From: Nitrospirota bacterium
GTDB lineage: Bacteria; Nitrospirota; UBA9217
Direction: 5' to 3'
Assembly (NCBI GenBank): GCA_963751455.1
Contig: CAVVUN010000012.1
Location: 288,001-352,000, forward strand
Length of the DNA: 64,000 bases
Shown here: one piece after another, positions 1 through 10,338 of the stretch
Position numbering within the stretch: position 1 is the first letter of the stretch
How the letters are laid out: every line of letters begins with the position of its first letter
Position numbers and translations under genes: made by a program
Notes under the pieces: model-generated
What the model saw: the letters and a program-made list of their open reading frames with translations, nothing else
Database searches by the model: none
What the model was told of the DNA's origin: nothing

Positions 1-2117
1 CCTATGCTCACGGTGGCCTGCACAGTCGTTGATCCGCTCTTGAGCGTGATCAGGCTGAAGTTTGTCGCCTCCTGTATGCTCTCGCTGAACGTGACCGTGA
101 TCGTTTTATCAACAGGGACTTTTGTGGCGTTGTTTACCGGGTCGCTGCCGGACACCGTAGGCGGCAGCGCATCCGGCAGTGTGCTGAAACCGAATGTATA
201 AGCGGCCAGGCTGTTGCCCGATGGGTCGGTTATGGCGTTGTCAGGGATCGTGACGGTGTAGGTCGTATTGTTCCCCAGATTTAAAACCGGGTCGATGCTT
301 AAAACATTGCCGGTTATGTTTATCGCTGACTGCACAACGGACGTGCCCGATTTTAACGCTATCTGGCTGAAATTGCTTCCTTTGATCACTTTTTCGCTGA
401 TAGTTATTGTCACGGTTTGCATTGCGAGTACGGTTGTGGATCCGTCAGCCGGATCAGTGCCGGTTATAACGGGGAATATGGTATCCGGTGTTTTAAAGCT
501 GAAGGTGTATGATGCCAGGGGTGTTCCGTCTATCTTCTGTACGGCGCCTGCCGGGATGGTTACGGTATATGCCTTGTTCAACTCAAGATCAGCCACCGGG
601 TCTATTGTCAGCACGCTGCCGCTTATGTGGGAAACGATTGCAACCGTTGTTTCCCCGGTCTTCAGGCTGACGGCCCCGAATTCGGTTCCCGCCTGCACCT
701 CCATATTATATGTCACGGTTATGGTCTTATCGACCGGAACTTCGATCGCCCCGTTTGCCGGGTCGGTAAACCGCACGTCCAGTTTCATCAATGCGCTGCC
801 GGCCTTGGCCATCCCGCCCGACACTGTTATCCCCTGAAGAGACGCCAAAGGCGCTGCTGATTCCATGAGCAAATCGCGGACGACTTCCGGCGTGCTGGCA
901 GGGGCCCGGCTCAGGATCAGCGCAACAATACCCGCCACATGCGGGGTCGCCATCGAGGTCCCGCTGAGATAACCGTATGCATTTCCGGGCATACTACTGA
1001 GAACATCTAGCCCCGGCGCGCCGACATCCACGGTTGTTGCGCCGTAGTTGGAGAAGTACGCCAATTCTCCCTGGTTATTGATCGCGGCGACCGAGATTAT
1101 ATTGCTGCAATCGTAGGCCGCAGGATACATGGGTGAGATATCGGCATTTTGCGAACTGTTTCCGGCCGCTGCCACAAAGACTCCGCCCCAAGTCGCGATG
1201 GCGTCGTGTAAAGCCTGGGAATAGCCGCCTCCGCCCCATGAGTTGTTGGTAATTTTGACTCCCATTAATGCGGCGTACCCTATGGCATCGATAGCATCGT
1301 CGGTATAACCATATCCTCCCGGACCCAAAAATTGCAGGGCCATTATTTTTACCCTGGGCGCGACTCCCGCGACGCCGATGCCGTTGTTCGCAATACCGGC
1401 GATCGTGCCCGCAACGTGCGTGGCGTGGAAGTGGTCGCCGGCTTCAAATACGCTGGCGTGGTTGCTAAAAAAATCCCAGCCGTGAACATCGTCTATAAAA
1501 CCGTTGCCGTCATTATCGATGCCGTCACCCGCGATTTCTCCGGGATTGGTCCAGATGTTGTCCACAAGATCGGGATGGCTGATGTCCAATCCCGTGTCGA
1601 TGATACCCACAACAACCTCCGGCGACCCCAGTTCATTATCCCATGCCTCCGGACCATCGATGTCGACATCCGCGACTCCCTCGACTCCGTTTATAGCCTG
1701 GCCGGTGTTATGGATGCCCCATAACTCGCCGAATCTTGGATCGTCAACTGCGATCTGGGCTCGTACAATATAGTTCGGCTCGGCATAAATGACCTTTGGA
1801 TTTTTTTTCAGCTTTATGATGACATCTTCGACTTTGTTCTTGTCCTTATTTTTAATCTTTACCAATTCACTTCCGGTCAGGGCATGCTTTTTTACGGTGA
1901 ACACGCCCTCCTTGTCCTTTAATGCTTGCTTTTCAGCCTCATCCATATCCGGTCTGAACTTGACGATGACCTCATCCGGTGCATATTCGATTTGGCCTTC
2001 AGGCAATTTCTTATCATCCTTATCCTTCATCACTGCAAGACCGGGTGAAACACCAATCATGATGAGAGCGGCAAACAGAATGCTTAACGTAATCAAACCA
2101 GTCCAGTTTTTTCTCAT
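1..2117 (-). CDS. Secreted S8 (subtilisin-like) serine peptidase with N-terminal pro-domain and C-terminal Ig-like repeats; runs off the window start
   Basis: Absent from the ORF track (no stop in window). Read manually: ATG at 2117 with GGAGG RBS, signal peptide MRKNWTGLITLSILFAALIMIG, catalytic motifs VGIIDTG, HATHVAG and GTSMATPH; repeated DP...TITITFSE-type Ig-like segments downstream. Confidence 0.9.
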   Translation of the reverse strand, partial: MRKNWTGLITLSILFAALIMIGVSPGLAVMKDKDDKKLPEGQIEYAPDEVIVKFRPDMDEAEKQALKDKEGVFTVKKHALTGSELVKIKNKDKNKVEDVIIKLKKNPKVIYAEPNYIVRAQIAVDDPRFGELWGIHNTGQAINGVEGVADVDIDGPEAWDNELGSPEVVVGIIDTGLDISHPDLVDNIWTNPGEIAGDGIDNDGNGFIDDVHGWDFFSNHASVFEAGDHFHATHVAGTIAGIANNGIGVAGVAPRVKIMALQFLGPGGYGYTDDAIDAIGYAALMGVKITNNSWGGGGYSQALHDAIATWGGVFVAAAGNSSQNADISPMYPAAYDCSNIISVAAINNQGELAYFSNYGATTVDVGAPGLDVLSSMPGNAYGYLSGTSMATPHVAGIVALILSRAPASTPEVVRDLLMESAAPLASLQGITVSGGMAKAGSALMKLDVRFTDPANGAIEVPVDKTITVTYNMEVQAGTEFGAVSLKTGETTVAIVSHISGSVLTIDPVADLELNKAYTVTIPAGAVQKIDGTPLASYTFSFKTPDTIFPVITGTDPADGSTTVLAMQTVTITISEKVIKGSNFSQIALKSGTSVVQSAINITGNVLSIDPVLNLGNNTTYTVTIPDNAITDPSGNSLAAYTFGFSTLPDALPPTVSGSDPVNNATKVPVDKTITVTFSESIQEATNFSLITLKSGSTTVQATVSI

Positions 2118-2587
2118 ACATCGCCTCCGTTTGAGTATTTTTTTAAAATAAATATTTTCAATTAATGCTGCGACAAGACTCAGAAGGATCGAAAGATTTA
2201 AACGATAATGCGAGCTGTTCAAAAGAAATGTAGTACAGACCGGCTAGCCGGTGCGAACCAAACAGATAGAGTGAGGAGCAGGAATAAAATTATTCAGGAA
2301 GTAATATATAATTGCTACAAAGTTGCATTCAGCAGGCTAAAACTTTTGACTACACTAATAAAGTATCTCTTTTTTTTGAAATGTCAAGCGTTGGTATGAC
2401 TAAAAGATAGCACTCTGCAATAATTTGAAACTCAAAGCATTAAAAAGATAAATAATGACGATGAAAACTGATAAAGAAAGGTTATAAGGACAAATTGGCA
2501 ATGAAAGGAGCGGGAGTGCAGAGCGTGGCGAGGCCTCACAAAAGATCACGAAAATTATACGCGGTCAACTGGAACACAAAAAAATTT

Positions 2588-3352
2588 CTAGAAAACCGAT
2601 TTTACTCCCCTCATGAAGTTGATCATCTTTAGCGCAGTCGGGCTCGGCGCGCCCTTGGTTATGAGCCCAAGACTTCGGGAAATAGGATCTGTGGATACCC
2701 CTTTCACGTTTTCGGAATACATCAAAAGAAAAGTGTAACTTACGGCGCCGATGGCCGCAGGGTCTTTCGAAACCTTGACGATCTCATCCTGCGTGTTGGC
2801 CACGGTTTGAGCGGTACTCACATAGGGTTCGTTGTTCATTACCGTCTTCTGAAAGAACATCCTCGTGGCGCTGCCTTCGTGGCTCGTGATGATCCTGATC
2901 GGCAGGTCCGGTCCGCCGACGTCCTTCCAGTTCGTGATTTTTCCGGCATGCATGTCCTTGAGCTGTTTCCAGGTCAGTTTGGAAACCGGATTCTTCTCGT
3001 TCACAATAACGACGATCCGATCGGTTGTTATCTTGTGGTAGATAAGATTTTTCGGAATGATGATGTTTTTTCTGACCTTTTCCGCCGATTTAATTGCGAG
3101 ATCAAGATCTTCGGAAGCAGCGCTCACGTCTGCCTTGCCGTCTATGAGGGCTACCAGGCCTTCGCCCGTCCCGACACCATTGACCTTCAGCGATATTCCC
3201 GTCGCTTTTTTCAGCGCATCGGCATTGGGCTCGAGAAACCGCTTCTGGCACGTCGTAGACCCCCAAACGTTCAACTTCTCGGCATATCCGGCGGAGGCTG
3301 AAAACAGGTGGGCAACAAACAACGCAAAAACAATGACGGTGTTCTTTTTCAC
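2588..3352 (-). CDS. PstS-like periplasmic substrate-binding protein (PBP superfamily)
   Basis: Signal peptide; GSTT, GTGEGL, ADVSAAS, NPVSKLT..QLKD...GKITNWKDVGG and GSATR motifs; no permease genes adjacent. Confidence 0.8.
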   Translation of the reverse strand: MKKNTVIVFALFVAHLFSASAGYAEKLNVWGSTTCQKRFLEPNADALKKATGISLKVNGVGTGEGLVALIDGKADVSAASEDLDLAIKSAEKVRKNIIIPKNLIYHKITTDRIVVIVNEKNPVSKLTWKQLKDMHAGKITNWKDVGGPDLPIRIITSHEGSATRMFFQKTVMNNEPYVSTAQTVANTQDEIVKVSKDPAAIGAVSYTFLLMYSENVKGVSTDPISRSLGLITKGAPSPTALKMINFMRGVKSVF

Positions 3353-3737
3353 GACCAGTTCTCCTTACAGGTTTTTTGAAATCAGTGAACTCACGCCATA
3401 TCAGGAACTTTTTTATTCGGAATGCCTTTTCTGAATAGCAGCGAAAGCTTCGTGGCGACGATGCATACCGTGAAATCAAATCTTAAGCATATGTTGGAGT
3501 AAATAATATTAGAAACTATGTGATTGAGGAGCAGTATTATCCTTGATTGTTTTTGATTATATGGATATGCGACATATTGTCAAGGTGACAATTAGACTAA
3601 CCAATTGGACACCGACAGGCAGATGTGAAACTGACCTGTGTGACAGGGTGGGTTCAGACCGGAGTTTTGAGTTGGGAGTTCCGCGTTGTAAGGGCAGATT
3701 ATAGAGACTTAGCAAGCTATTGAAAAAACCCTTGTAG

Positions 3738-3860
3738 ACCCTTCGACTGGCTCAGGGCGAACGGAGGGAACATTGAAACCATGAGACCCTATCCGTTCGT
3801 GGTGAACCTTTATCCGTTCTTGGTGAATCTCTATCCGTTCGTGGTGAGCCTGTCGAACCA
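3738..3860. repeat. REP-like palindromic element with internal tandem ~21-bp triplication
   Basis: cccttcgactggctcagggcgaacgg pairs with ccgttcgtggtgagcctgtcgaacc; unit tatccgttc(g/t)tggtga occurs three times. Confidence 0.7.
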
Positions 3861-3989
3861 CTCTAAACACTAATTACGTGATTCCTTGTTACATTGCTTT
3901 AAGACATAACGAACCGGAAAAGCGGGGTCACTTCTCAGACCCGGGCAATGCCGCCATGGTAAGGAAGTGACCCATTCAATGCGCCTCTC

Positions 3990-4559
3990 TTACGCCGCCT
4001 TGGGCGCCCTCATCCCGGACTCGTATTCCGAGATCAATTTCAGCATTTCCCGATTGAACGCGGGAAGGTCGCTGGGTTGACGGCTGGTTACCCAGTTGCG
4101 ATCGACGACCACTTCTTTATCCACCCAGTTGCCTCCTGCGTTTTTGATGTCATCCTGGATGGTTTTGTAACTGGTCAGGGTGCGGCCTTCAACAAGGCCC
4201 GCTGAAACAAGTATCCACGGGGCATGGCAGATCACAGCGATCGGTTTTCCTGCCTTATCAAAGGAACGGACAAATTTCTGGACCTTGGGCATGCACCGGC
4301 AAACGTCCGCATTCAGCGCGCCGCCGGGAAGCATAAGGACATCGTAGTTGTCAGGGGTAACCTGGTCCAGGGTCCGGTCCACACTTACCTGGATCGATTT
4401 GTCATGGTGCTTGAAAGCCTGTATTTTCCCCGGCTTGTTCGATATGATGTCTACTTGAACACCGGCATCCAGAAGAGCTTTGACGGGCTCGGTTAATTCC
4501 GATTCCTCAAAGCCGTCTGTTGCGAGAACAGCCGCGCGTATATTGTTGAATTGAGCCAT
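3990..4559 (-). CDS. PfpI/DJ-1 family (C56) protease/deglycase
   Basis: DGFEESEL, LPGG, ICHAPW nucleophile elbow, TSRQPSDL; start moved to MAQF (AGGAGG RBS). Confidence 0.9.
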   Translation of the reverse strand: MAQFNNIRAAVLATDGFEESELTEPVKALLDAGVQVDIISNKPGKIQAFKHHDKSIQVSVDRTLDQVTPDNYDVLMLPGGALNADVCRCMPKVQKFVRSFDKAGKPIAVICHAPWILVSAGLVEGRTLTSYKTIQDDIKNAGGNWVDKEVVVDRNWVTSRQPSDLPAFNREMLKLISEYESGMRAPKAA

Positions 4560-4736
4560 AAGGTCCTCCTTCATTTTTCTATTTCGTTCCATGTCGCTCT
4601 CACAAATCCCGAGAGCAACAACTCTATTCTCATAATTTTAGTATAACTCCGTCGTGGGGGGAAGCAGTTCGGGAAAAAGGAGTAGAGATTGGAATAGGAG
4701 ATGAGAGTTTCGAATCACTCTGGAGTTGAGATGGAC

Positions 4737-5372
4737 CTATTTGTGCCGGGACCCGGAAAACGCGGTTGCAACACCAAGTCCGATATATGCGCTGCCCGCA
4801 AAGTATCGCTGCCTTCGTGAAAAGTGCTTGCATCCTTTCAGCCAGTTTCGGAGGCGGCTTGCAAGCAGAACATAAATCACTTCTATGGCTGTCGCAAGAA
4901 GAACGAGGATCAGCCCGAAGGTCAGGATCTGAACCGGCACTGAGCCGTTTTCCGCATTCACGAACTGAGGCAGGAAAGCCAGGAAAAAGAGCGACGTCTT
5001 CGGGTTCAGAAGGTTCACGAGAAACCCCTGGACAAAAACCTGCTTCAGTTCCGTCTCGGGTTCGATCTCCCTCCTGGCATCATCGTCCCGAATGACCAGC
5101 TTTCGGATTCCGAGGTACACAAGATAAGCGGCCCCAAGGTACTTGACCACGTTAAAAGCCATCGCCGATGACAGGAGAACCGAGGTCAGGCCGAGCGTGG
5201 CCGCGGAAATATGGATTAGCGTCGCAGCTTCTATTCCAAGCACGGATGCAAGTCCCGCCATGCGTCCCTGGTGAATGCTCCTTGCAATCAGGTAAAGAAT
5301 GTTCGGGCCCGGAATGACAACGATGATAATGCTGCCCGTGATAAAAAGGGCCAATTGGCTTAAGTGCGGCAT
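4737..5372 (-). CDS. LysE/RhtB family translocator
   Basis: IPGPN, KYLGAAYL and NLLNPK motifs; hydrophobic. Confidence 0.9.
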   Translation of the reverse strand: MPHLSQLALFITGSIIIVVIPGPNILYLIARSIHQGRMAGLASVLGIEAATLIHISAATLGLTSVLLSSAMAFNVVKYLGAAYLVYLGIRKLVIRDDDARREIEPETELKQVFVQGFLVNLLNPKTSLFFLAFLPQFVNAENGSVPVQILTFGLILVLLATAIEVIYVLLASRLRNWLKGCKHFSRRQRYFAGSAYIGLGVATAFSGSRHK

Positions 5373-5471
5373 TACTTCTCCTTTATGGTCTCAGTGCTTC
5401 AGGAGTCTATTCTTTTCTGAATTTGTTGTCAACCGGAAGAGACACAACGCACACACAGACCGGAGCAGAAC

Positions 5472-6629
5472 TCAGGGCGCCGAGGACCTTCGCGACAGCG
5501 TCAAATCCTTATTCTCACTGGATACTATTTCCGTTCCGAATCTTTTGCTTTCTCTACTCAGTATACCGGCAAGTAACCGGGCCTCTTCTTTTGAGGCGCG
5601 GTTCAGCTTGAAGCGTTTGATCCGCATGGGAACCAGCTTTACGTGAACAAGCCTTCCTGTTTGCGGGTCCAGGCCTGCAAAATACATAAGACCCAGATCC
5701 TTCCGAAAATTCTCATAGCCGGTGATGCCTTCGTAGTCGTTCAGAAAATCGCCGCAGCCGTACAGGATGAGCCGGTCATGATAAAACTCAATCCCCTTGA
5801 CATGGTGTGATGAATGGCCGTGAACAACGTCAGCCCCTGCATCGATCACCCGGTGCGCAAAGTGAACTTCCTCGCCGGCGATATCATACTCCCAGTTTGC
5901 TCCCCAGTGAATGGAGAAAACAACAATGTCGCCGGCGCGCTTTACTTCGCGGATCCTGGCCCGGATCCGCCGCACAGTCTCTTCCGAGAAATCGGGAAGG
6001 AGATTGACGCCAGGCCTTTCTTCTGTCGCAGCCCAATCAGGGCGAACACCGCTCGTTGCTGAGCCGCAGGCGAAGATAATAACCCTGCCCTTGCCTTCGA
6101 TCTCCAGGATTGCCGGGGTTGCGGCCTGCTTCTGATTGAGCCCTGCGCCGGCGCTTTTTATGTTTGCTTTTTCGAGCGCTGCAAGGGTCTCCTGGAGACC
6201 TTCATAGCCCCAGTCGAGCACATGATTATTGGCTAAAGTGCAGACATCGATCCCTGCAGCGGTAATAGCATCCATGTTTCCAGGATGCATCCTGTAATGG
6301 ACCTGCTTTCCTTTCCAGTACGCGTGGCTCGCCGTTACGCTTGTCTCGAGGTTGACGATTCTGACGTCCGGCGCTTCTCTTTTCAGCTCATCGAGCGCGT
6401 CTCCCCATATGTACGAAGGCCCGGAAGAACGAGGGATGGGACCGCTTGCCTGCTCTGCCAGCGTAATGTAGCCCCTCGCGTCTTTTATATATTCTTCGTA
6501 AAGCGTGGGGTCACCCGGATGCGACAGAATCTGATCGATGCCCCTGCCGGTCATGACGTCGCCGGCCAGGAATAACCTTATCAAGCGGTCGTTTCTCGGC
6601 GGGCCGGATTTGAGCTCGGTCCTCTTCAT
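5472..6629 (-). CDS. CapA/PgsA family metallophosphoesterase
   Basis: GDVMTGR, NLET, ANNHVLDWG, IHWG, GHSSHH motifs. Confidence 0.9.
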   Translation of the reverse strand: MKRTELKSGPPRNDRLIRLFLAGDVMTGRGIDQILSHPGDPTLYEEYIKDARGYITLAEQASGPIPRSSGPSYIWGDALDELKREAPDVRIVNLETSVTASHAYWKGKQVHYRMHPGNMDAITAAGIDVCTLANNHVLDWGYEGLQETLAALEKANIKSAGAGLNQKQAATPAILEIEGKGRVIIFACGSATSGVRPDWAATEERPGVNLLPDFSEETVRRIRARIREVKRAGDIVVFSIHWGANWEYDIAGEEVHFAHRVIDAGADVVHGHSSHHVKGIEFYHDRLILYGCGDFLNDYEGITGYENFRKDLGLMYFAGLDPQTGRLVHVKLVPMRIKRFKLNRASKEEARLLAGILSRESKRFGTEIVSSENKDLTLSRRSSAP

Positions 6630-6675
6630 TTCTGACCTGCACCGCCTTTTTGTTTTGTTGAAGAATACAACTATC

Positions 6676-7200
6676 TCATTTGATCACGCCGCACGCCATT
6701 CTCGCGCCTCCGCCGCCCAGCTCCGGGACATCGGTGTAGTTATCTCCGCCGGCATGGACCATGAGTGAACGGCCTTTTATGTCGGACAATTTGAGGCGCG
6801 GCGCTATTACAGGAGTGGAGGACTTTCCGTCCTGGCCGACGGTCAAAGCAGGCAAATCTCCCAGATGTCCTTTCCCCTGAGGACCCTCATGTTTGCCTGT
6901 TCCGGCAGGATCATAGTGTCCGCCTGCCGCTATTCCCGCTTGCTTTTTCCCGTCCTTTATTCCGGGAGCGCAATTTGGTTTTTCGTGTACGTGAAATCCA
7001 TGAAATCCAGGGGTCAGGCCGCTGAGTGCAGGCGTGAGTTTAAGTCCCTGCGGGGTTTGCGAAAGGGTAACTGTTCCGATTGATTTACCGATTCCCTGTT
7101 CATCAATAAGATTCATCTGAACTGCCGCTTCATTCGCTGATACTGCCGCTGTAAAGGCCAGAACCGCGACAAGTATCGTTGCCTGAATAAACCCTTTCAT
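6676..7200 (-). CDS. sodC: Periplasmic Cu/Zn superoxide dismutase
   Basis: Signal peptide; [35 protein letters not shown]. Confidence 0.95.
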   Translation of the reverse strand: MKGFIQATILVAVLAFTAAVSANEAAVQMNLIDEQGIGKSIGTVTLSQTPQGLKLTPALSGLTPGFHGFHVHEKPNCAPGIKDGKKQAGIAAGGHYDPAGTGKHEGPQGKGHLGDLPALTVGQDGKSSTPVIAPRLKLSDIKGRSLMVHAGGDNYTDVPELGGGGARMACGVIK

Positions 7201-7420
7201 AGCCGGTTTCTCCTTAAATGGTTTGTGTTACTGTCGGGTCTTGATTCAAGTATAGCGCACGGTCGAGCATTGACAAAACAGGGACAGCGGTAAGAGTGTT
7301 GTACAGGCAAGAAAAGGGGGCCGCTTTCGGAACGCATGCAGGCCAATCGGCAGTTTGGAACTCGGCAAGGGCTTCGCCAGCCGGAGTCAGTGCCGGCTGA
7401 GCCGGCATTGCCCAGACCGC

Positions 7421-8014
7421 TTATTTCACGACAAAAGCGAGTTTTTTTACGATATCGCCGCTTTTTACTCCCGGGAGCTTCATCTTGCCGGCTTCCCGGA
7501 CAGCATTGTCATATTCATCTCGCACTGAAACCGACATCATCCGCGTTCCGTCATGATGATAAACAATGGTGCCTATATAAACGATTTTTGCCTTCCGGGG
7601 TATATCCAGCTTTATGTTTTTATTCATTCTCAGGACTTCGTAAATCGGCCTTCCACCCGCGACATTGTGGCCAACTACCTTCATCACCTGCCCGACTCTT
7701 ATATACCGTTTGCCCGGAGGCAGGGGGAAGAAAAAGGTTTCGTTGATATCAGGGTCTATGCCCTCGCCCTGATTTATCTTGTCATTGAGCTCGAATGTAA
7801 GGCCCAGCAGCATATTGAGAGGCTCATCATCAATCTTCTTTTTTCCTACTGTTTCAAAAGGAGGGTCAAGCAGGACTTTGCCGACTATGACAACTTTGCC
7901 TGCCGGTATATCTTCCCCCTTCTTCATTGCTTCCGTAAAGGATGGCCCGCACCCGGCAACAACGGACACCAGGAAACATGCAATAACGATTGCTTTCAAG
8001 CGTCTCATCGCCAT
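7421..8014 (-). CDS. Hypothetical lipoprotein
   Basis: Lipobox VAGC after a hydrophobic stretch; GGAGG RBS. Confidence 0.7.
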   Translation of the reverse strand: MAMRRLKAIVIACFLVSVVAGCGPSFTEAMKKGEDIPAGKVVIVGKVLLDPPFETVGKKKIDDEPLNMLLGLTFELNDKINQGEGIDPDINETFFFPLPPGKRYIRVGQVMKVVGHNVAGGRPIYEVLRMNKNIKLDIPRKAKIVYIGTIVYHHDGTRMMSVSVRDEYDNAVREAGKMKLPGVKSGDIVKKLAFVVK

Positions 8015-8046
8015 ACCTCCAGCTCAATTTTGGAATGATCCGATCC

Positions 8047-8643
8047 TCAATCGAGGAGCCTGAATTTCTTCTTCTTTGCGATCATCTGCGCGGCCTTGCC
8101 GCCGTCCCTCTTGAGCCAGAACAGGCAGAAGACAGCCGACGCAATGACCACGGACGCCAGGGCACGGTCTCCCCGCCGGATCATCATGACCGCGCCGCTG
8201 ACCAGCAGTATCGTGAACCCCAGGGGTATGATTATTCTCGACAGCACTTCCCGAAGCAGTTCCATTTTCCTGAAGCATTTTCCCGCATCGCCGGTTCTGC
8301 CCATCTTTTCATAAAGGTTGCCGAGATTGAACCAGAGCAGATTGTTGTGCGCATCGTTTTTGCCCACTCGTTCATAGTAGTCCAGCGCGCGCCGCGGGTC
8401 TACAGTCTCAAGCTGTGCTGCAAGCCGGAACCAGAGTGTGAAGCGGTTCCCGGACTTTGCATAATGCTGCTCGGCCTGGCCCGCCTTCCCGTTTTCTTCC
8501 AGGATCACCGCCTTCAGAAACTGACCGCGCTGAAAATCAGGATAGCGCTGAAGCAGTTCATCTACGGCTTTTTCGGCTGCGGCATACTCTTTCTTTTCGT
8601 AATGCGCGATGGTCGTCTCGAACAACTGTTTGATGGACTGCAT
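8047..8643 (-). CDS. TPR-repeat protein with two C-terminal transmembrane helices
   Basis: Repeated TPR-like helices (e.g. LWFNLGNLYEKMG..GDAGKCF) followed by two hydrophobic segments; start uncertain (8643 or 8658). Confidence 0.7.
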   Translation of the reverse strand: MQSIKQLFETTIAHYEKKEYAAAEKAVDELLQRYPDFQRGQFLKAVILEENGKAGQAEQHYAKSGNRFTLWFRLAAQLETVDPRRALDYYERVGKNDAHNNLLWFNLGNLYEKMGRTGDAGKCFRKMELLREVLSRIIIPLGFTILLVSGAVMMIRRGDRALASVVIASAVFCLFWLKRDGGKAAQMIAKKKKFRLLD

Positions 8644-8827
8644 GCCGGCCCCTTGCATAATTAGAATAATAAAGCTTTATTATTATATCTCAATTAATAT
8701 TCCAAACAAGGAGAAACAGAGAAGTAGCGGTTTGTGTGTATTATTGACAAAATGATAATTAGTGCAAGAATAAGTATGCGGGGTTGCCTGATAGCAGAGA
8801 GTAGATCTTGACCCTGATGATCGTCTC

Positions 8828-9955
8828 CTATTTATTCCTTCCGGGCTTGCCTGCGACTCTATCCAGCATGGCTTTTACAGCGGCTATCTGGCGTCCTGAC
8901 TTTACGGCATAGTCAGGGTCCTTGTCGTAGCCCCACCAGTTCCAGCAGCCCTGGGGATTGGTGTTATTCCTATCGGTGAGAACACCGGTGAATCCGAAGA
9001 TCTTTTTCGGGATGACCTGCGGATACAGAACAATGATGTCGTTCGTATCTGCCCACTCGTTGTACCCCGCATGCTCGATAAATGTCATGCCCACGTCCTC
9101 GTGTCCCTGCTTGCACCCGTGAAAGGCCACATGGACTCTGCATTTTTTGCCGTCGCTGCAGGAGCCGGGAACATAAGCCCAGCCGGACTTATCCATGCTG
9201 TGGGAACCGGGTTTTTCGATGAATTCCCCCTGGTCGAATTCAATGAACGCTCCGCTTAGTTTTCCCGTATTTCTCGGTTTGAGGCCGCCGTAGATCTGTT
9301 GCAGCAATTCGCCCGCAGCGTCATAGCCGCAATTATTAATGAAGGGCTCGCCGAGATGGCCGCATGCTTCACCGAATGAGTCGGTCGGTACGGAGTGCTC
9401 GGCCTGAATATCTTTCTTGTATCGGATATTCTCAGCCTTCAAAAAAATCCGGTAATAGGCCTCGAGGTCGTCCATCACGGTTGGGGGTACAAGGCTGTCT
9501 TTGGCGCCGGAAAACAAGTAGATTTTGTGCTCCGACAAATGCGACAACGGATCGATCCTGTTTTTGCGTGCATCATCTCTGGTTTTTTCCGCCAAGGTGA
9601 ACAAATCAGTGCCGCCGGGCGAAACTTTGCAGGGCGTCGCGATCGCCGTGCAGGTGCAGGTTGTGGTGGCCCTCTTAATGTCGTTCTGCGCGCAATAATA
9701 GGGGCCACCGGCAATGACGCCGGCCCCTTTAATGATTGATGAATGGGCTACTTCGAACTGCACGGCCATGAATGCGCCCGATGACAAGCCGGAAACCGAG
9801 GTCTCTTCGAGCTCGACGTTAAAGGCAGGGAGTGACCTTGATTTTGCAAATGAATATTCGGCAAAAAGAATAAGCGCAAAAAGAAGAAGCGTTGAGAGCG
9901 CAATAACAGCAAAAGCTCGGCAAGTGTATCCCTTTCTATTGAAAGACGTATACAT
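8828..9955 (-). CDS. Secreted PHB-depolymerase-family esterase
   Basis: SVSGLSSGAFMA lipase box, AGGPYYCA, HVAFHGCKQ, GCWNWWGY; signal peptide. Confidence 0.85.
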   Translation of the reverse strand: MYTSFNRKGYTCRAFAVIALSTLLLFALILFAEYSFAKSRSLPAFNVELEETSVSGLSSGAFMAVQFEVAHSSIIKGAGVIAGGPYYCAQNDIKRATTTCTCTAIATPCKVSPGGTDLFTLAEKTRDDARKNRIDPLSHLSEHKIYLFSGAKDSLVPPTVMDDLEAYYRIFLKAENIRYKKDIQAEHSVPTDSFGEACGHLGEPFINNCGYDAAGELLQQIYGGLKPRNTGKLSGAFIEFDQGEFIEKPGSHSMDKSGWAYVPGSCSDGKKCRVHVAFHGCKQGHEDVGMTFIEHAGYNEWADTNDIIVLYPQVIPKKIFGFTGVLTDRNNTNPQGCWNWWGYDKDPDYAVKSGRQIAAVKAMLDRVAGKPGRNK

Positions 9956-10338
9956 GTTGACCTCCGCTCCGTCGAAATTCTTGAATTACCAAACGCAGAA
10001 TGTCTATCGGAAAAAAGTAGCCGCGAAATGGTCTCCGCAGCAGCACTTGCTTAGACCATAACGGTCTGCTTAGGGTTTGTCAAACGGCAGCGGCTGGAAT
10101 AAAGGGAACGGACTGTACATCTGAACGATATATCGACTGGATAAAACAAATCGCGGGCTGTTCAGCCTGCCGGACGCCAATAATGAAAAAACTGGAAAAG
10201 AAGTAAATAGGGGCGGGTAAGTCGATGCGGTCTGAGAACCCGATAGGAAAGCTGAGTGCACTAATCCTGAAAACAGCACCCAAGTCTCTCTACCTAAAAA
10301 GGTGGCTTTACTCTCGATCAGGATGTCACTCTTTGGCT

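Noticed and set aside
268-2151. Several + strand ORFs in the track
   Set aside because: Antisense shadows of the S8 protease gene; the same applies to most overlapping opposite-strand ORFs across the window
3781-3860. Three ~21-bp direct repeats as a CRISPR array
   Set aside because: No spacers and no cas genes; part of a REP-like palindrome. No CRISPR array seen in the window
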